Shown one piece after another: positions 20,920 through 31,214 of a stretch of DNA of 32,000 nucleotides. The notes beneath the pieces are model-generated. The model made no database searches, was not told the origin of the DNA, and worked only from the letters and a program-made list of their open reading frames with translations. This DNA is from Mycobacterium leprae TN (GTDB lineage Bacteria; Actinomycetota; Actinomycetes; Mycobacteriales; Mycobacteriaceae). The DNA is taken from assembly GCF_000195855.1 (NCBI RefSeq), contig NC_002677.1:1170001-1202000 (forward strand), written 5' to 3'. Both the position numbers and the translations under genes were made by a program. Position 1 is the first letter of the stretch, and each line of letters begins with the position of its first letter.

Positions 20920-21780
20920 TCAGTGCGTCACATCTGCGGTAGAAGCCATGGCAGCGCCGACTATGCCGGCCGTATTCTGCAGGGCTGCGGCCACCATCGG
21001 GGTGCGGTTTTCAAGCAGTGGTATCCATCTATCGGCCTTGCGGCTGATGCCGCCGCCGGCAATGAACAGGTCAGGACACATCGCGTTTTCGATGGCGACC
21101 AGCACCCTCGTTACCTGCTTGGCCCATGTTCGGTAGCTCCATTTGTACTTGTCTTTGACGGACGATGCCGCTCGTTGTTCGGCCTCTTTACCGTCGACCT
21201 CGAGATGCCCGAACTCGGTGTTAGGAATCAGTTTCCCGTTGTGGATGACTGCTGACCCGATCCCGGTGCCGAAGGTGAGTAGCACAATCAAGCCAGAGTT
21301 GTTTTTGCCCGCTCCATAGCGCCCTTCAGCAAGCCCAGCAGCATCCGCGTCGTTGAGAATGGTGACTTCCTGGCTGTTCAGCTCAGCGCTGATAATGTCG
21401 CGGGCATTGGTTCCAATCCAGGAGTCGTCCACGTTGGCAGCCGTTCGGACGACGCCCTGGGTGACGACGCCGGGATAGGTCACTCCCAGGGGAGCAGTCC
21501 ATCCGAATGCGTTGACGACCTCGGCAATGGTCTTGGCGACTGCCAATGGGGTAGCCGGTTGAGGGGTGAGCAGTTTGATGCGGTCACCAATCAGTTGCCC
21601 GATGTCGAGGTCGACTATGCCACCCTTGATGCTGCTGCCGCCGATATCGATGCCGAACCCGCGGTGCCGCGATGTCGTACCGGCGGTGTCGCTAGGCGGA
21701 GAGGTTCTGGGCGTATCTGCGGTCGCGTCGGTGCTCGTTATAGCAATCTCCTTGGCGAGACTTGGTTGTTCGCTTACTTT
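20920..21780 (-). CDS. ppgK: Polyphosphate glucokinase (ORF extends upstream to 21894; true start likely nearer 21780)
   Basis: ROK-family motifs '[38 protein letters not shown]', '[17 protein letters not shown]', '[43 protein letters not shown]'. Confidence 0.95.
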   Translation of the reverse strand, partial: KVSEQPSLAKEIAITSTDATADTPRTSPPSDTAGTTSRHRGFGIDIGGSSIKGGIVDLDIGQLIGDRIKLLTPQPATPLAVAKTIAEVVNAFGWTAPLGVTYPGVVTQGVVRTAANVDDSWIGTNARDIISAELNSQEVTILNDADAAGLAEGRYGAGKNNSGLIVLLTFGTGIGSAVIHNGKLIPNTEFGHLEVDGKEAEQRAASSVKDKYKWSYRTWAKQVTRVLVAIENAMCPDLFIAGGGISRKADRWIPLLENRTPMVAAALQNTAGIVGAAMASTADVTH

Positions 21781-21842
21781 AGCCTGGCGATGATGCGGGC
21801 TGACTGTCTGGCATCTGCCGGCGACTGTGATGCGATAGGCCA

Positions 21843-22718
21843 GTGACAGTACCTGACAACGATCCCGAGCAGCTGCGCTGCGTAGCCGAATCACTGGCCA
21901 CTGAGGCCGCCGCGTTCGTGCGATGTCGCCGAGCTGAGGTGTTTGGTACTGACCTGGGCGCCGCAGGCGGCGGCGCGGTACGGGCGAAGAGTACCCCGAC
22001 CGATCCGGTGACTGTCGTTGACACCGAGACAGAACGCTTGTTGCGTGATCGGCTCGCTCAACTACGGCCCGGTGACTCGATCCTTGGGGAGGAGGGGGGT
22101 GGGCCCGCCGATCTGACCGCCACGCCTGCAGACACGGTAACCTGGGTGCTTGACCCCATCGATGGCACGGTGAACTTTGTCTACGGCATCCCGGCTTACG
22201 CGGTGTCGGTCGCAGCTCAGGTTGATGGCGTGTCAGTGGCCGGCGCGGTTGCTGAAGTTGTTGCCGGTCGGGTGCACTCGGCGGCGAGCGGCCTCGGCGC
22301 GCATGTCACCGACGAGTATGGTGTACAGGTACTGAGATGCAGCGCAGTCGATGACTTGTCGATGGCGCTGCTAGGTACTGGCTTTGCCTATTCGGTAGTG
22401 CGCCGCGCCGCCCAGGCGGCGCTGTTGGCCCAGATGCTGCCGGTGGTACGTGATGTACGTCGCATCGGTTCGGCCGCGTTAGACCTTTGCATGGTTGCGG
22501 CGGGCCAGTTGGATGCTTATTACGAGCATGAGGTGCAGGTGTGGGATTGCGCGGCTGGCGCGTTGATCGCGGCGGAAGCGGGGGCCTGTGTGCAGTTGCC
22601 TAAGCGGAACGGGCCCGTGGGCGGTGCCGGATTGGTGGTAGCTGCCGCGCCTGGAATCGCCGACGCATTGTTGGCTGCCTTGCAGCGATTCAACGGCCTG
22701 GCGCCGATCCTGGACTAA
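21843..22718 (+). CDS. suhB: Inositol monophosphatase family protein
   Basis: 'DPVTVVDTETERLLRDRLAQLRPGDSILGEEGG' and 'VTWVLDPIDGTVNFVYGIPAYAVSVA', 'VWDCAAGALIAAEAGA' are IMPase motifs. Confidence 0.95.
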   Translation: MTVPDNDPEQLRCVAESLATEAAAFVRCRRAEVFGTDLGAAGGGAVRAKSTPTDPVTVVDTETERLLRDRLAQLRPGDSILGEEGGGPADLTATPADTVTWVLDPIDGTVNFVYGIPAYAVSVAAQVDGVSVAGAVAEVVAGRVHSAASGLGAHVTDEYGVQVLRCSAVDDLSMALLGTGFAYSVVRRAAQAALLAQMLPVVRDVRRIGSAALDLCMVAAGQLDAYYEHEVQVWDCAAGALIAAEAGACVQLPKRNGPVGGAGLVVAAAPGIADALLAALQRFNGLAPILD

Positions 22719-22721
22719 GGA

Positions 22722-23372
22722 TCAGCAGCTGTTGGCGTGGATCTTTTGCAGCAGTGCAGGATCTGACGGCTCGGTGGCGCCGGGACGCAGGCTGGCCAGC
22801 ACAGCGTCGATGTCGTCGTTGTGCGCCAGCGCGGTGAAGTCGGTGCCCAGCGCAAGGTCAACCGAGTCGTCGGTGCGGTTGTCGTGCAGCAACTCGGTAC
22901 ACGGTGCTACCAGCCACACCGCGGCTACGGTGGCTTGCCCGGCAGTACCGAAACGGAGCTGACCTTGGCAGTTTAGTAGAGTGTCGGCGTACATCGGGTC
23001 GTTGGCGGCGGTTGGCTGGGCGAATCCTAGATCCCGCAGTGCGCCGGCGATATCGGCGGCTTGACCGTCCCGGCCGCTGGCATTGAGCACGTGGACCTTG
23101 GTGTCGCTGAGTTTGGCGGGTGTGACGTCAGTCATCTCCGTCCGTGGCACTTGTTTGCCTAGCTGGGTCGGCACCGACCCGGTTGATTGCGTAGGCGGGT
23201 TACACACTTCGGGCTCACGAACCTTCGCTGGTCGGGTGAGTGCAATAGTCCATGACACGCCCGCCACTATGACCAAGAACACTACCACGAAAATGGCAGG
23301 GCGGGCATTGCGTCGCCGAAAGGGCCGACCGTGCTTGTCGAAAGCGGTACCCTCGGTGATTTGTGTGACCAC
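22722..23372 (-). CDS. cei: Cei-like envelope integrity protein (LytR C-terminal domain)
   Basis: 216 aa. Single TM 'PAIFVVVFLVIVAGVSWTIAL' then 'KVHVLNASGRDGQAADIAGALRDLGFAQP', LytR_C motif. Convergent with suhB. Confidence 0.9.
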   Translation of the reverse strand: MVTQITEGTAFDKHGRPFRRRNARPAIFVVVFLVIVAGVSWTIALTRPAKVREPEVCNPPTQSTGSVPTQLGKQVPRTEMTDVTPAKLSDTKVHVLNASGRDGQAADIAGALRDLGFAQPTAANDPMYADTLLNCQGQLRFGTAGQATVAAVWLVAPCTELLHDNRTDDSVDLALGTDFTALAHNDDIDAVLASLRPGATEPSDPALLQKIHANSC

Positions 23373-23383
23373 AGTTGCACTCT

Positions 23384-23426
23384 AAAACGCACCGTTCGAA
23401 CCTGAAAAACGCACTGTTCGAACCTG
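23384..23426 (+). repeat. Near-perfect 22-bp period direct repeat (x2) containing GTTCGAAC
   Basis: aaaacgcaccgttcgaacctg / a / aaaacgcactgttcgaacctg, one mismatch, in the divergent cei-DUF4193 intergenic region. Confidence 0.9.
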
Positions 23427-23561
23427 AGCACAGGGGTCAAAATAGTGATGTTACGTAAATCACACTTTAATGGACAGGAATTAAGGGCACGAATCGTTTG
23501 GTGGATGCGTTCGACGCTGGTACAAAGCGTTGCTTGAGGTTATGAGGGCCTTTAGAGGGGA

Positions 23562-23870
23562 TTGGACATGCCTACCGACTATGACGCTCCACGGCGGACC
23601 GAGACTGACAACGTCCCAGAGGACTCGCTGGAGGAGCTGAAAGCACGACGGAACGAGGCGGCGTCGGCGGTGGTCGACGTGGACGAATCCGAATCCGCCG
23701 AATCTTTCGAGCTGCCTGGAGCTGACCTTTCTGGCGAAGAGTTGTCGGTCCGCGTTATACCGAAGCAGGCTGACGAGTTCACCTGCTCAAGCTGCTTCCT
23801 GGTACAACACCGCAGCCGGCTAGCCAGTGAGAAGAATGGTGTCATGATCTGCACCGACTGCACGGCCTGA
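23562..23870 (+). CDS. DUF4193 domain protein (Rv2699c-like)
   Basis: 102 aa. 'ELKARRNEAASAVVDVDESESAESFELPGADLSGEELSVRVIPKQADEFTCSSCFLVQHRSRLASEKNGVMICTDCTA' with Zn-binding Cys pairs. Confidence 0.95.
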   Translation: MDMPTDYDAPRRTETDNVPEDSLEELKARRNEAASAVVDVDESESAESFELPGADLSGEELSVRVIPKQADEFTCSSCFLVQHRSRLASEKNGVMICTDCTA

Positions 23871-23874
23871 TCAG

Positions 23875-24348
23875 TCAGCTTCGTAATGCCGACAGTACCC
23901 GCTCCGGGTGACGGCAACTCACCAGCCAGTATGGCGTCGGGTCGTCCGGGTCATCGAGGACTACCAGAATCATCGGCCCGACCCACGCCCGATGCAGCAC
24001 GTAGGCCGCCGGGTCCAGTTGGCGGCCTAGTGCTGCCGACTTGGCTGAGCGTGAGATTGCGGCTGACTGGGCGATCGCGGTGATGGGCAGATGCGCGTTT
24101 CCCGCCCACAGTTCGACGCTGCCTCCAAGGGGAGCGTCCGCGATGACCTGGATCTCGACTCGACCCAACCACAACAATGTCCCGGCTGCCACAGCGAACG
24201 GTAGCCAACTGGGTAGGGTGGCACCACTCAAGTTGACTTCGAATGCGATGAGCGATGCTAGCGCGAAGGCCAATGGCCACCACCACCATGGCACCCATAA
24301 TCGCTCGCGATATCGCACGTTGTGCGGTGCGACGGGGGTACCGGACAC
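23875..24348 (-). CDS. DUF3093 membrane protein (Rv2698-like)
   Basis: 157 aa. '[29 protein letters not shown]', '[21 protein letters not shown]', '[41 protein letters not shown]'. Confidence 0.93.
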   Translation of the reverse strand: MSGTPVAPHNVRYRERLWVPWWWWPLAFALASLIAFEVNLSGATLPSWLPFAVAAGTLLWLGRVEIQVIADAPLGGSVELWAGNAHLPITAIAQSAAISRSAKSAALGRQLDPAAYVLHRAWVGPMILVVLDDPDDPTPYWLVSCRHPERVLSALRS

Positions 24349-24373
24349 ACGGTCAAGGGTAGTCTGTGGCCCC

Positions 24374-24838
24374 GTGTCGACCAGTCTGGCCGTTGTCCGT
24401 CTCGATCCCGGGCTTCCGCTCCCTAGCCGAGCCCATGACGGCGATGCCGGGGTTGATCTCTATAGCGTCGAAGACGTCAAACTGGCACCCGGGCAACGTG
24501 CCCTGGTGCGGACGGGTTTGGCAGTTGCCATCCCGTTCGGAATGGTCGGATTGATTCACCCGCGTTCGGGATTGGCTGTGCGGGTGGGGCTTTCCATCGT
24601 CAACAGTCCGGGCACCGTCGACGCGGGCTATCGCGGCGAGATTAAGGTCGCGCTGATTAACCTGGACCCAGTGGAGCCCCTCGTGGTTCATCGCGGCGAC
24701 CGTATCGCCCAATTGCTTGTGCAGCGGGTCGAGTTAGTAGAGCTGGTTGAGGTCTCGTCGTTCGACGAAGCTGGGCTGGCCGAGACATCCCGTGGCGATG
24801 GCGGTCACGGTTCCTCCGGCGGACATGCGAGTTTGTGA
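24374..24838 (+). CDS. dut: dUTP diphosphatase (deduced GTG start 24374)
   Basis: '[97 protein letters not shown]', all five dUTPase motifs. Confidence 0.97.
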   Translation: MSTSLAVVRLDPGLPLPSRAHDGDAGVDLYSVEDVKLAPGQRALVRTGLAVAIPFGMVGLIHPRSGLAVRVGLSIVNSPGTVDAGYRGEIKVALINLDPVEPLVVHRGDRIAQLLVQRVELVELVEVSSFDEAGLAETSRGDGGHGSSGGHASL

Positions 24839-25656
24839 CCGCCGACGACGATGCAGAGCGAAGCGATGAGGATGGAGCGGCGGTGATGGCCACATTCGGT
24901 AAACGTACAGGCAAAGACGGCGCGAGTCGCACGTTGACCGAACCCGCAGACCCAGAAGCCACTGAGCTGCCAGCTGCTAGCGAGCCCGATTCCGAAGAGG
25001 TGGATGAGCTGGAGGGCCCGTTCGACATCGACGATTTCGAAGATCCCGCGGTCGCCGTGCTAGCCCGACTTGATCTGGGCTCCGTGCTGATTCCTCTGCC
25101 GGAGGGTAGTCAGCTGCAGGTCGAGCTGACCGATGTTGGGGTGCCTAACGCGGTTTGGGTCGTTACAGCCAACGGTCGTTTCACCATCACCGCCTATGCG
25201 GCCCCTAAGACGGGTGGTCTCTGGCGTGAGGTGGCCGGCGAACTCGCTGACTCGCTGCGCAACGATTCGGCCAAAGTCACCGTCAAAGACGGCCCGTGGG
25301 GGCGAGAAGTGGTTGGCACCAACACTGGCGTGGTCCGCTTCATCGGGGTTGACGGCTATCGTTGGATGATCCGCTGCGTGGTTAACGGTCCGCTGGAGAC
25401 CATCGACGTGTTGAGCGAGGAGGCCCGTGCAGCGTTGGCGGATACTGTCGTTCGCCGTGGCGATACGCCCCTACCGGTGCGGACGCCGTTGCCAGTGCAG
25501 CTGCCCGAGCAGATGGCCGAGCAGCTGCGGGAGGCTGCTGTGGCGCAGCAAAGCGCGCAACACGCCGACGCGCGACAGCAATCACGCGAGCTGGCCCCAC
25601 GTCGCGGTGCTGCGGGATCGGCGATGCAGCAGTTGCACAACACTACGGGCGGCTAG
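24835..25656 (+). CDS. DUF3710 protein (Rv2696c-like)
   Basis: Overlaps dut by 4 nt (ATGA). '[82 protein letters not shown]'. Confidence 0.93.
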   Translation: MTADDDAERSDEDGAAVMATFGKRTGKDGASRTLTEPADPEATELPAASEPDSEEVDELEGPFDIDDFEDPAVAVLARLDLGSVLIPLPEGSQLQVELTDVGVPNAVWVVTANGRFTITAYAAPKTGGLWREVAGELADSLRNDSAKVTVKDGPWGREVVGTNTGVVRFIGVDGYRWMIRCVVNGPLETIDVLSEEARAALADTVVRRGDTPLPVRTPLPVQLPEQMAEQLREAAVAQQSAQHADARQQSRELAPRRGAAGSAMQQLHNTTGG

Positions 25657-25700
25657 TCTCGCTCCTTAACGCCGCTTCGCGGCGCGTATCGTCCGTCGGG

Positions 25701-26399
25701 TTAGGTGAGAGCGAGAGCAGCCAGGCAGGCAGTACCCAGCGCGGCGGCGTTCGTGCCTATCTGGTTGAGTGTCACCGTCTGCAATGCGGCGTGTGGCGCG
25801 GCGGTCACCCAATCGACGCCGACCTGCAGAGGGTGGATCGGATCATCGACCGCGGCGGCCACCCCCAGTGGCGTGGCTAACCGGGCTAGCTCGGCGCAGC
25901 TCGGTGCGATGTATGCCGCCGCTTCCTCCATCGCGTCGGGCAGCAGTGGCCACTGGCCGCACCACGAGCGGGCCAGTTCGTCGGCCAACCAAGGTGGGCT
26001 TGATGCCTGCATCTGTAGCGTAGTCGCCGCCAGGCCGTCGCGACGTAGATGCGATGCCGAATACCGTGCCGCTAGAGCGGCGGGCGCTGATTCTGGTGCC
26101 CCGTTCCAGGCTGGCAGCGCGGCTAGGACGGCCACGGCGCGCTCGGGATGAGCGAGTGCCCACGCGGCGGCCACCGCGGCACCGATCGAGACACCGCCGA
26201 CGCCGATCGGACCTGCGCGTGCTGCGTCGTCCAAGGCGGACAGATAGCCGTCGATCAGCCGATTCGGCTGGGGTGGCGGCGTCAGCACAGCTGCGCCCAC
26301 TCGGTGCAGGGGGCCCGAAAATGCCCGATAAACGTAGTCGTCATCGGATCCGGTTCCAGGCAGCAACACGGTTGTCACATTGCGTAAATCGACAGCCAC
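25701..26399 (-). CDS. Alpha/beta hydrolase-like protein (Rv2695-like)
   Basis: 232 aa. 'TVLLPGTGSDDDYVYRAFSGPL', 'IGVGGVSIGAAVAAAWALAHPERAVAVLAALPAWNG'. Confidence 0.85.
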   Translation of the reverse strand: MAVDLRNVTTVLLPGTGSDDDYVYRAFSGPLHRVGAAVLTPPPQPNRLIDGYLSALDDAARAGPIGVGGVSIGAAVAAAWALAHPERAVAVLAALPAWNGAPESAPAALAARYSASHLRRDGLAATTLQMQASSPPWLADELARSWCGQWPLLPDAMEEAAAYIAPSCAELARLATPLGVAAAVDDPIHPLQVGVDWVTAAPHAALQTVTLNQIGTNAAALGTACLAALALT

Positions 26400-26744
26400 C
26401 CCTTGATAGTGCCCGGCTGTTCACGGGTGCTCCAAATATCATCGTTTTCGTCTTTATGGCGGAGGGGAACCAGCAGGTCTACGGTGGCCGTTAGCTATAG
26501 ATCGAAGCGTCGATAGTTGGATGAGTATCGTCAGGAGTGGCCATGCGGGACCGAAGTCATCTGCGTTGGCTAGCGAAGGACCTGGCAATGCGATTCCGAG
26601 GATTTATCTGACGAGTTACTCACTCGGCACCGGCTCGCACGTGTGATTGATTGTTCGGTATGGCCAGGAGTTCGCAATGGTGGGTACGCTGCGCAGCGTG
26701 GAAACCAACGGCAAGATGATGTGCCGATGGGGTCCGCGCCGAAT

Positions 26745-26786
26745 TGTTCAACGGTAGCGACACTATGTTCAACGGTAGCGACACTA
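26745..26786 (+). repeat. Perfect 21-bp tandem duplication (x2)
   Basis: tgttcaacggtagcgacacta repeated back to back in a decayed region. Confidence 0.95.
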
Positions 26787-27719
26787 AAGAGTTACGCTGG
26801 TGCGCTTGGGGCAACGTCGGATACACCCGGTATCGACTTGGGGTGGACGCGGCTGGTGCTATTATCGGCCGGGCAAGCTCAACAACGGGAGCAAGACTAC
26901 AAGAAAGAACTATAATCCGCATTACGAAATTCAACTATGACAGCCGCCAGTAATTCGAGAGTACGGCCGCTATGTACATCGTTGCTGGACTCTTGGGTAT
27001 CTCGTGTCGGCTGGCCGTCCCGGACCTGAACGGGTGCTGGCGTAGTTAGGCTAGGTGGCCTTTCTCAATATATTTTTATTCGTTTTTATTTTTATTTCTT
27101 TGTTACCTTTGATGGAATCCGTGTCTTGATTTGCTGCCCGCACTCGAAAGTGCGTTGAGTGCGGCTGGGCTGGTCTTGTTATGGTGGCTAATTCGCTGGG
27201 AATCAATGCAGCCGGCAAACACCGGATTTTTGGGGTTGCGGTATGGTCGCTGATCGGCCTACTATAGGGGGGGGAGTCCAAGGGGTATTTCCTGTTGGGA
27301 ATCTGGATGTTGTTGCTGTGGTCGGTGGAATTTCGTGGTGTCGATTCTGATTCGCCGGCCCACTTTTTGCCTATCTCGGGCTTGGGCCAGCAAGCGTGGT
27401 CATGGCTGACGCGAGAGCCCGGCGCAATATACGTATTCGACATCGCTATGCTTGGCTAGGTGTTGGTATTTGCTGCCCTGCTTTCGTGTTCCAGCGGTAA
27501 TCTCTACGATTCCGACTAGACTGGTTGGCTGGGGGAAGCGCGGATCGGGGTGGGTCCCCGCCGGATTGCGATAGCCGCGCTGGCTTTAATTAATAATTAT
27601 GCTCCAATCGAAGCCGCTCAGCGTGTCATATCGTCTTACCGGCGACGCTACTGACAGCGGCTGCGGCCACGCTCGCCGGCGGCGAGCTGGATATCGACGC
27701 TGGCTATGACTAGTTAGCC

Positions 27720-28035
27720 GCCGGGCGGCGAGCTGTTGGGCAGCAGTAGCTTGCGCAAATCGTCCTCGACCTAGGCAACCGCGATGAAGACCAAACTCGT
27801 CGCTCCCTTCCAACGGCTCGTCGGTCTCCGGCATGATGACCCGCGATCCGTTCAGGATGGTGACCAATGCGGCATCCCGTGGTAGTTGCAGTTTGCACAC
27901 CGGATTCCCTACGGCGTGTCGTCAGGCAGGGTGATCGCGACCAGGTTGGCTTGGGGCCCTTACGGGATTCCATTAGTCGAACGAGGTCGTCGATGGCGAC
28001 GGCCTCCTCGGTGTCGTCATCGCCACGCCACTGCG
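27720..28035 (-). pseudogene. TrkA/CeoB-type potassium uptake RCK protein pseudogene
   Basis: Minus strand 'KLQLPRDAALVTILNGSRVIMPETDEPLEGSDE' (RCK_C pattern). Adjacent frames give '..NLVRLMESRKG' and 'VEDDLRKLLLPNSSPPGG*', separated by frameshifts/stops. Confidence 0.72.
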
Positions 28036-28819
28036 TTTTGGTTAATCCCTGTCCACCAAACTTATTTTTTTGGTTGGTATCTCACTGAGAGTGGAGGTAG
28101 TGATGACGAACCTTCTGCACAGGATCGGCTGTCATCTGGACCTGATACTGGTAAGTGTAACGTTGGGAACATTGTTGATTATGTTGGTGAGATTCACCAT
28201 CTCACTGTCCTTCGGTTCGATCAGTGATTGGTTCTTGTCGGCCACAATTCCGTTAGCCGTGATGAATCTTGCTGTCCTGTAATACTTCCGTGGTTGTGTC
28301 CAAATCTGTTACTGCATCTGCTGCCCATGCAAGAGTAGATGCTGCTGTTAGGCAACGTATTCGACTAGTTGAATCTGGCACTACGTCAGGTTGGGTATTC
28401 TATACTGTATCCTTTGCTATCCGTTTTTGGATTATGTTCGACGGCAAGGTTTTTGTTAGGTAACTATGTGCTGGCGAAGTCCAGATGATTTTGATCATGA
28501 CAGCAATCAGCATTGGTCACTTTTGGGTGCAACGACATTCGCTTCTCTTACCAAAATATCTTGTTGGTCATGACTGTCTTCGCTCCAGTCATCTTGTACT
28601 ACGGACACTGCGGTACTGGCCAGCGCTGCTGGTGCGCCGCAACGAATTTTACTTTTTTCCATACTACCTGCTGCTCCTGACTACATTCTTGCTATTGACT
28701 AGTACCAATTCACATTGGCGTGCTGGCGGCGTTGTTGGTGTTGGATAAAGTCGACTCCGGAATTTTAATTGCACTGTGGTTTACCTTTGTACCGTTGACA
28801 ACGTTTATGCCTACCGGGT

Positions 28820-29226
28820 AATCGCCGTGCTTGTGGTGACGACGGTCTATGTAGTCGCGGCGACATCGTTCAGTGGCCTGCCGAGAGCCGGCCTGGTTCC
28901 CGCTCTGGATCCGATCGGACTGCTGGCCGGGTTGTAGACGGTGGTGACTCTATCGCTGGCCATAGCACTGACCAGCAAGAAAATTCAGGGCTTGGCCATG
29001 GTGTGTGCCCTTGGCAAAGCTCATCGCCAGACTGCCTTTGGCACCAAGGTTCATCAACTCCGGTTGGAACCTAACCTTCGACGTCCTTCCGCTTTACTGG
29101 GACGCCAAGGCGTTTTGGGTGTCCTGTGCCACTGGTATGTTATGGCCTTATCTGGCTGCTGGTTTTGATTACAACTTCGCTATCTCCTGGCTGATGTTTC
29201 GATCATTTCGTGCCAAGCACACCTGA
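28820..29226 (+). pseudogene. ABC-2 type transporter permease C-terminal remnant (Rv2686c/Rv2687c region)
   Basis: Plus-strand frames give 'TTVYVVAATSFSGLPRAGLVPA', 'VVTLSLAIALTSKKIQGLAMVCAL', and 'VLPLYWDAKAFWVSCATGMLWPYLAAGFDYNFAISWLMFRSFRAKHT*', resembling ABC-2 permease C-termini. Confidence 0.6.
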
Positions 29227-29236
29227 ATAACCGAGC

Positions 29237-30526
29237 TCAGCTCATCACGAGGTAACGCAACCATAAGTAGATCCCGGCGAGAGCGATCGAGATCACAGTG
29301 ACCGCAATGCCTTTGCGGGTGAATTCCCAGAACGAGATGGGAGTTCCTGCGCTCTTGGCGATTTCAAGCATAACGACATTGGCACTGGCGCCGACGGCGG
29401 TAAGGTTGCCGCCGAAATCGGCGCCCAACGCCAGCGCCCACCATAGGATGTCGGTGTGGCTTTGATCCGGCATGGATGCTACCAGCTCCGAGACAATGGG
29501 TGTCATCGTGGCGACGTAAGGAATGTTGTCTATGATACTGGATACTAGAGTTGAGACGCCGAGAGTCAGGACGACGGTGAGTAATTCGTGTCCACCAGTC
29601 AAGGTGGTCGTTGCCCGTGCCAGCTGATTGACCACATCGGTTTTCACCAAAGCCCCGACCATAATGAACAGGCCGGCGAAAAACAGCAATGTCTCCCACT
29701 TGACGCTGGACAGGTAATCGGACCGCTCCAACTTGGAGATCACGATCAGAATGCCGGCGCCCAGCATCCCCACCAGGGACGGCCCGGTGTGCAGCACCGG
29801 ATGGGCGATGAAGGCTACGAATACCAGCAACAAGACAACGCCGCATTTGATGAGCAGCCAGCGATCGCGGATTGCTTCACGCTCGTTCAGTGACATGATA
29901 TCGGCTACCCGCTCGGGATCGACCGCGAATGCGCCGCGAAAAAGGCGTGGCAGCAATGCACTGAGCACTACTGTCACGATGATCACGATCGGTGTCAGGT
30001 GGATTAGGAAGTCGTTGAAAGAGAATCCTGCTCGACTGGCGATGATGATGTTGGGCGGGTCGCCGACCAACGTCGCTGCGCCGCCGATGTTGGAGGCGAA
30101 GACTTCGGCCATCAGAAATGGTGCCGCATTGATTGTCAGGCGCTCGCACACCAACAGCGTGACCGGAGCAATCAAAAGCACCGTGGTGACGTTGTCCAGT
30201 AAGGCCGACCCGAGCGCCATCACTAGCACCAGTAGGAGCAGGATGCGCAGCGGGGAACCATGTGAGCGTTTGGCGGTCCAGATTGCGACGTATTCGAACA
30301 CACCGGTTTGGCGTAGCACACTGACGATGATCATCATGCTTAACAGCAAAAAGATGACTTCCCAATCGATTCCGGTTTCATGGGAGTAGAAGACGTCTTC
30401 GGAATTGATAATGGGCAAAGTGACCACGATCGCCGCGCCCGTCAGGGCCGCCAGCGTCTTGTTGACCCGATCGCTGGCGATTAGTGCATAGGTGACGATG
30501 AACACGGTGATCGCAATGACACTCAT
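29237..30526 (-). CDS. ArsB/NhaD-family (SLC13/IT superfamily) membrane transporter
   Basis: Intact 429-aa, about 11-TM ORF. '[32 protein letters not shown]', '[21 protein letters not shown]', '[21 protein letters not shown]', '[24 protein letters not shown]'. Confidence 0.93.
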   Translation of the reverse strand: MSVIAITVFIVTYALIASDRVNKTLAALTGAAIVVTLPIINSEDVFYSHETGIDWEVIFLLLSMMIIVSVLRQTGVFEYVAIWTAKRSHGSPLRILLLLVLVMALGSALLDNVTTVLLIAPVTLLVCERLTINAAPFLMAEVFASNIGGAATLVGDPPNIIIASRAGFSFNDFLIHLTPIVIIVTVVLSALLPRLFRGAFAVDPERVADIMSLNEREAIRDRWLLIKCGVVLLLVFVAFIAHPVLHTGPSLVGMLGAGILIVISKLERSDYLSSVKWETLLFFAGLFIMVGALVKTDVVNQLARATTTLTGGHELLTVVLTLGVSTLVSSIIDNIPYVATMTPIVSELVASMPDQSHTDILWWALALGADFGGNLTAVGASANVVMLEIAKSAGTPISFWEFTRKGIAVTVISIALAGIYLWLRYLVMS

Positions 30527-30578
30527 CTAGCTTCCTGCGCTGCTGTCAGCCGGTGACTTGTCACTGCATCGGTCGGGA

Positions 30579-31022
30579 TCAATGTTTCAGGGCCGCTCTT
30601 AGAAGGCGCGATGCTGTGATCACACCGAGCAGTTGTCCGCCTTTGACCACAGCGAGTAGAGGACTTCGCTGCCGTGACATGGTGGCGGCCACTTCGATGA
30701 TGGTATCGTCGGCGTTGACTGGGGAAACGTTGACAAGGTGGTCCGGTAAAACATCGCGGACTTTCTTGCTGCTCAACTTTTCCGCCGCCTGGTCGGCCGT
30801 CGACTCGTTGAGCACGCCAGCCAGCGAGGGATCATCCTGGATATACCGGGGCACAATGAATCGCACCACCTGGGATGCGGGCAGCACTGCGTAGGGCTTG
30901 TCAGACATATCGGTGACCAAGAGTCCAGGCAGGCCGTGCTCCGCAAGCATACGAGCAGCGTCCAGTGCGCTCGAATTGATGCTGATTGCCGGGAAGTCTT
31001 CGGCGATGTCCTCGGCGAGCAT
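30579..31022 (-). CDS. CBS-domain protein (Rv2683-like); ORF opens to 31133, likely start at ATG 31022
   Basis: '[56 protein letters not shown]' and '[57 protein letters not shown]', two CBS motifs. Confidence 0.88.
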   Translation of the reverse strand: MLAEDIAEDFPAISINSSALDAARMLAEHGLPGLLVTDMSDKPYAVLPASQVVRFIVPRYIQDDPSLAGVLNESTADQAAEKLSSKKVRDVLPDHLVNVSPVNADDTIIEVAATMSRQRSPLLAVVKGGQLLGVITASRLLRAALKH

Positions 31023-31214
31023 GCTATGACGATACGTCTGTGTGGTTCGTGGAGTGTGGGCGACATCGAGGCGAACTATATGATGTATTCCAGGATTGCA
31101 GGACACTGCTGTCGACCAGTATTCGTGACTCACCGCAGACTGACGCTACCAAAGCGGTGGCTCGGTTATCCGTTTGGTGCCCCCACCCTTGCGTTACCTG
31201 AGTACAATAACGGA

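Noticed and set aside
29364-29846. Minus-strand 160-aa ORF in the transporter gene, and a similar one at 29877-30365
   Set aside because: Alternate frames within the intact ArsB-type gene; no family signature.
29733-30389. 218-aa plus-strand ORF
   Set aside because: Antisense shadow of the ArsB/NhaD-type transporter; composition typical of a reverse-strand spurious frame.
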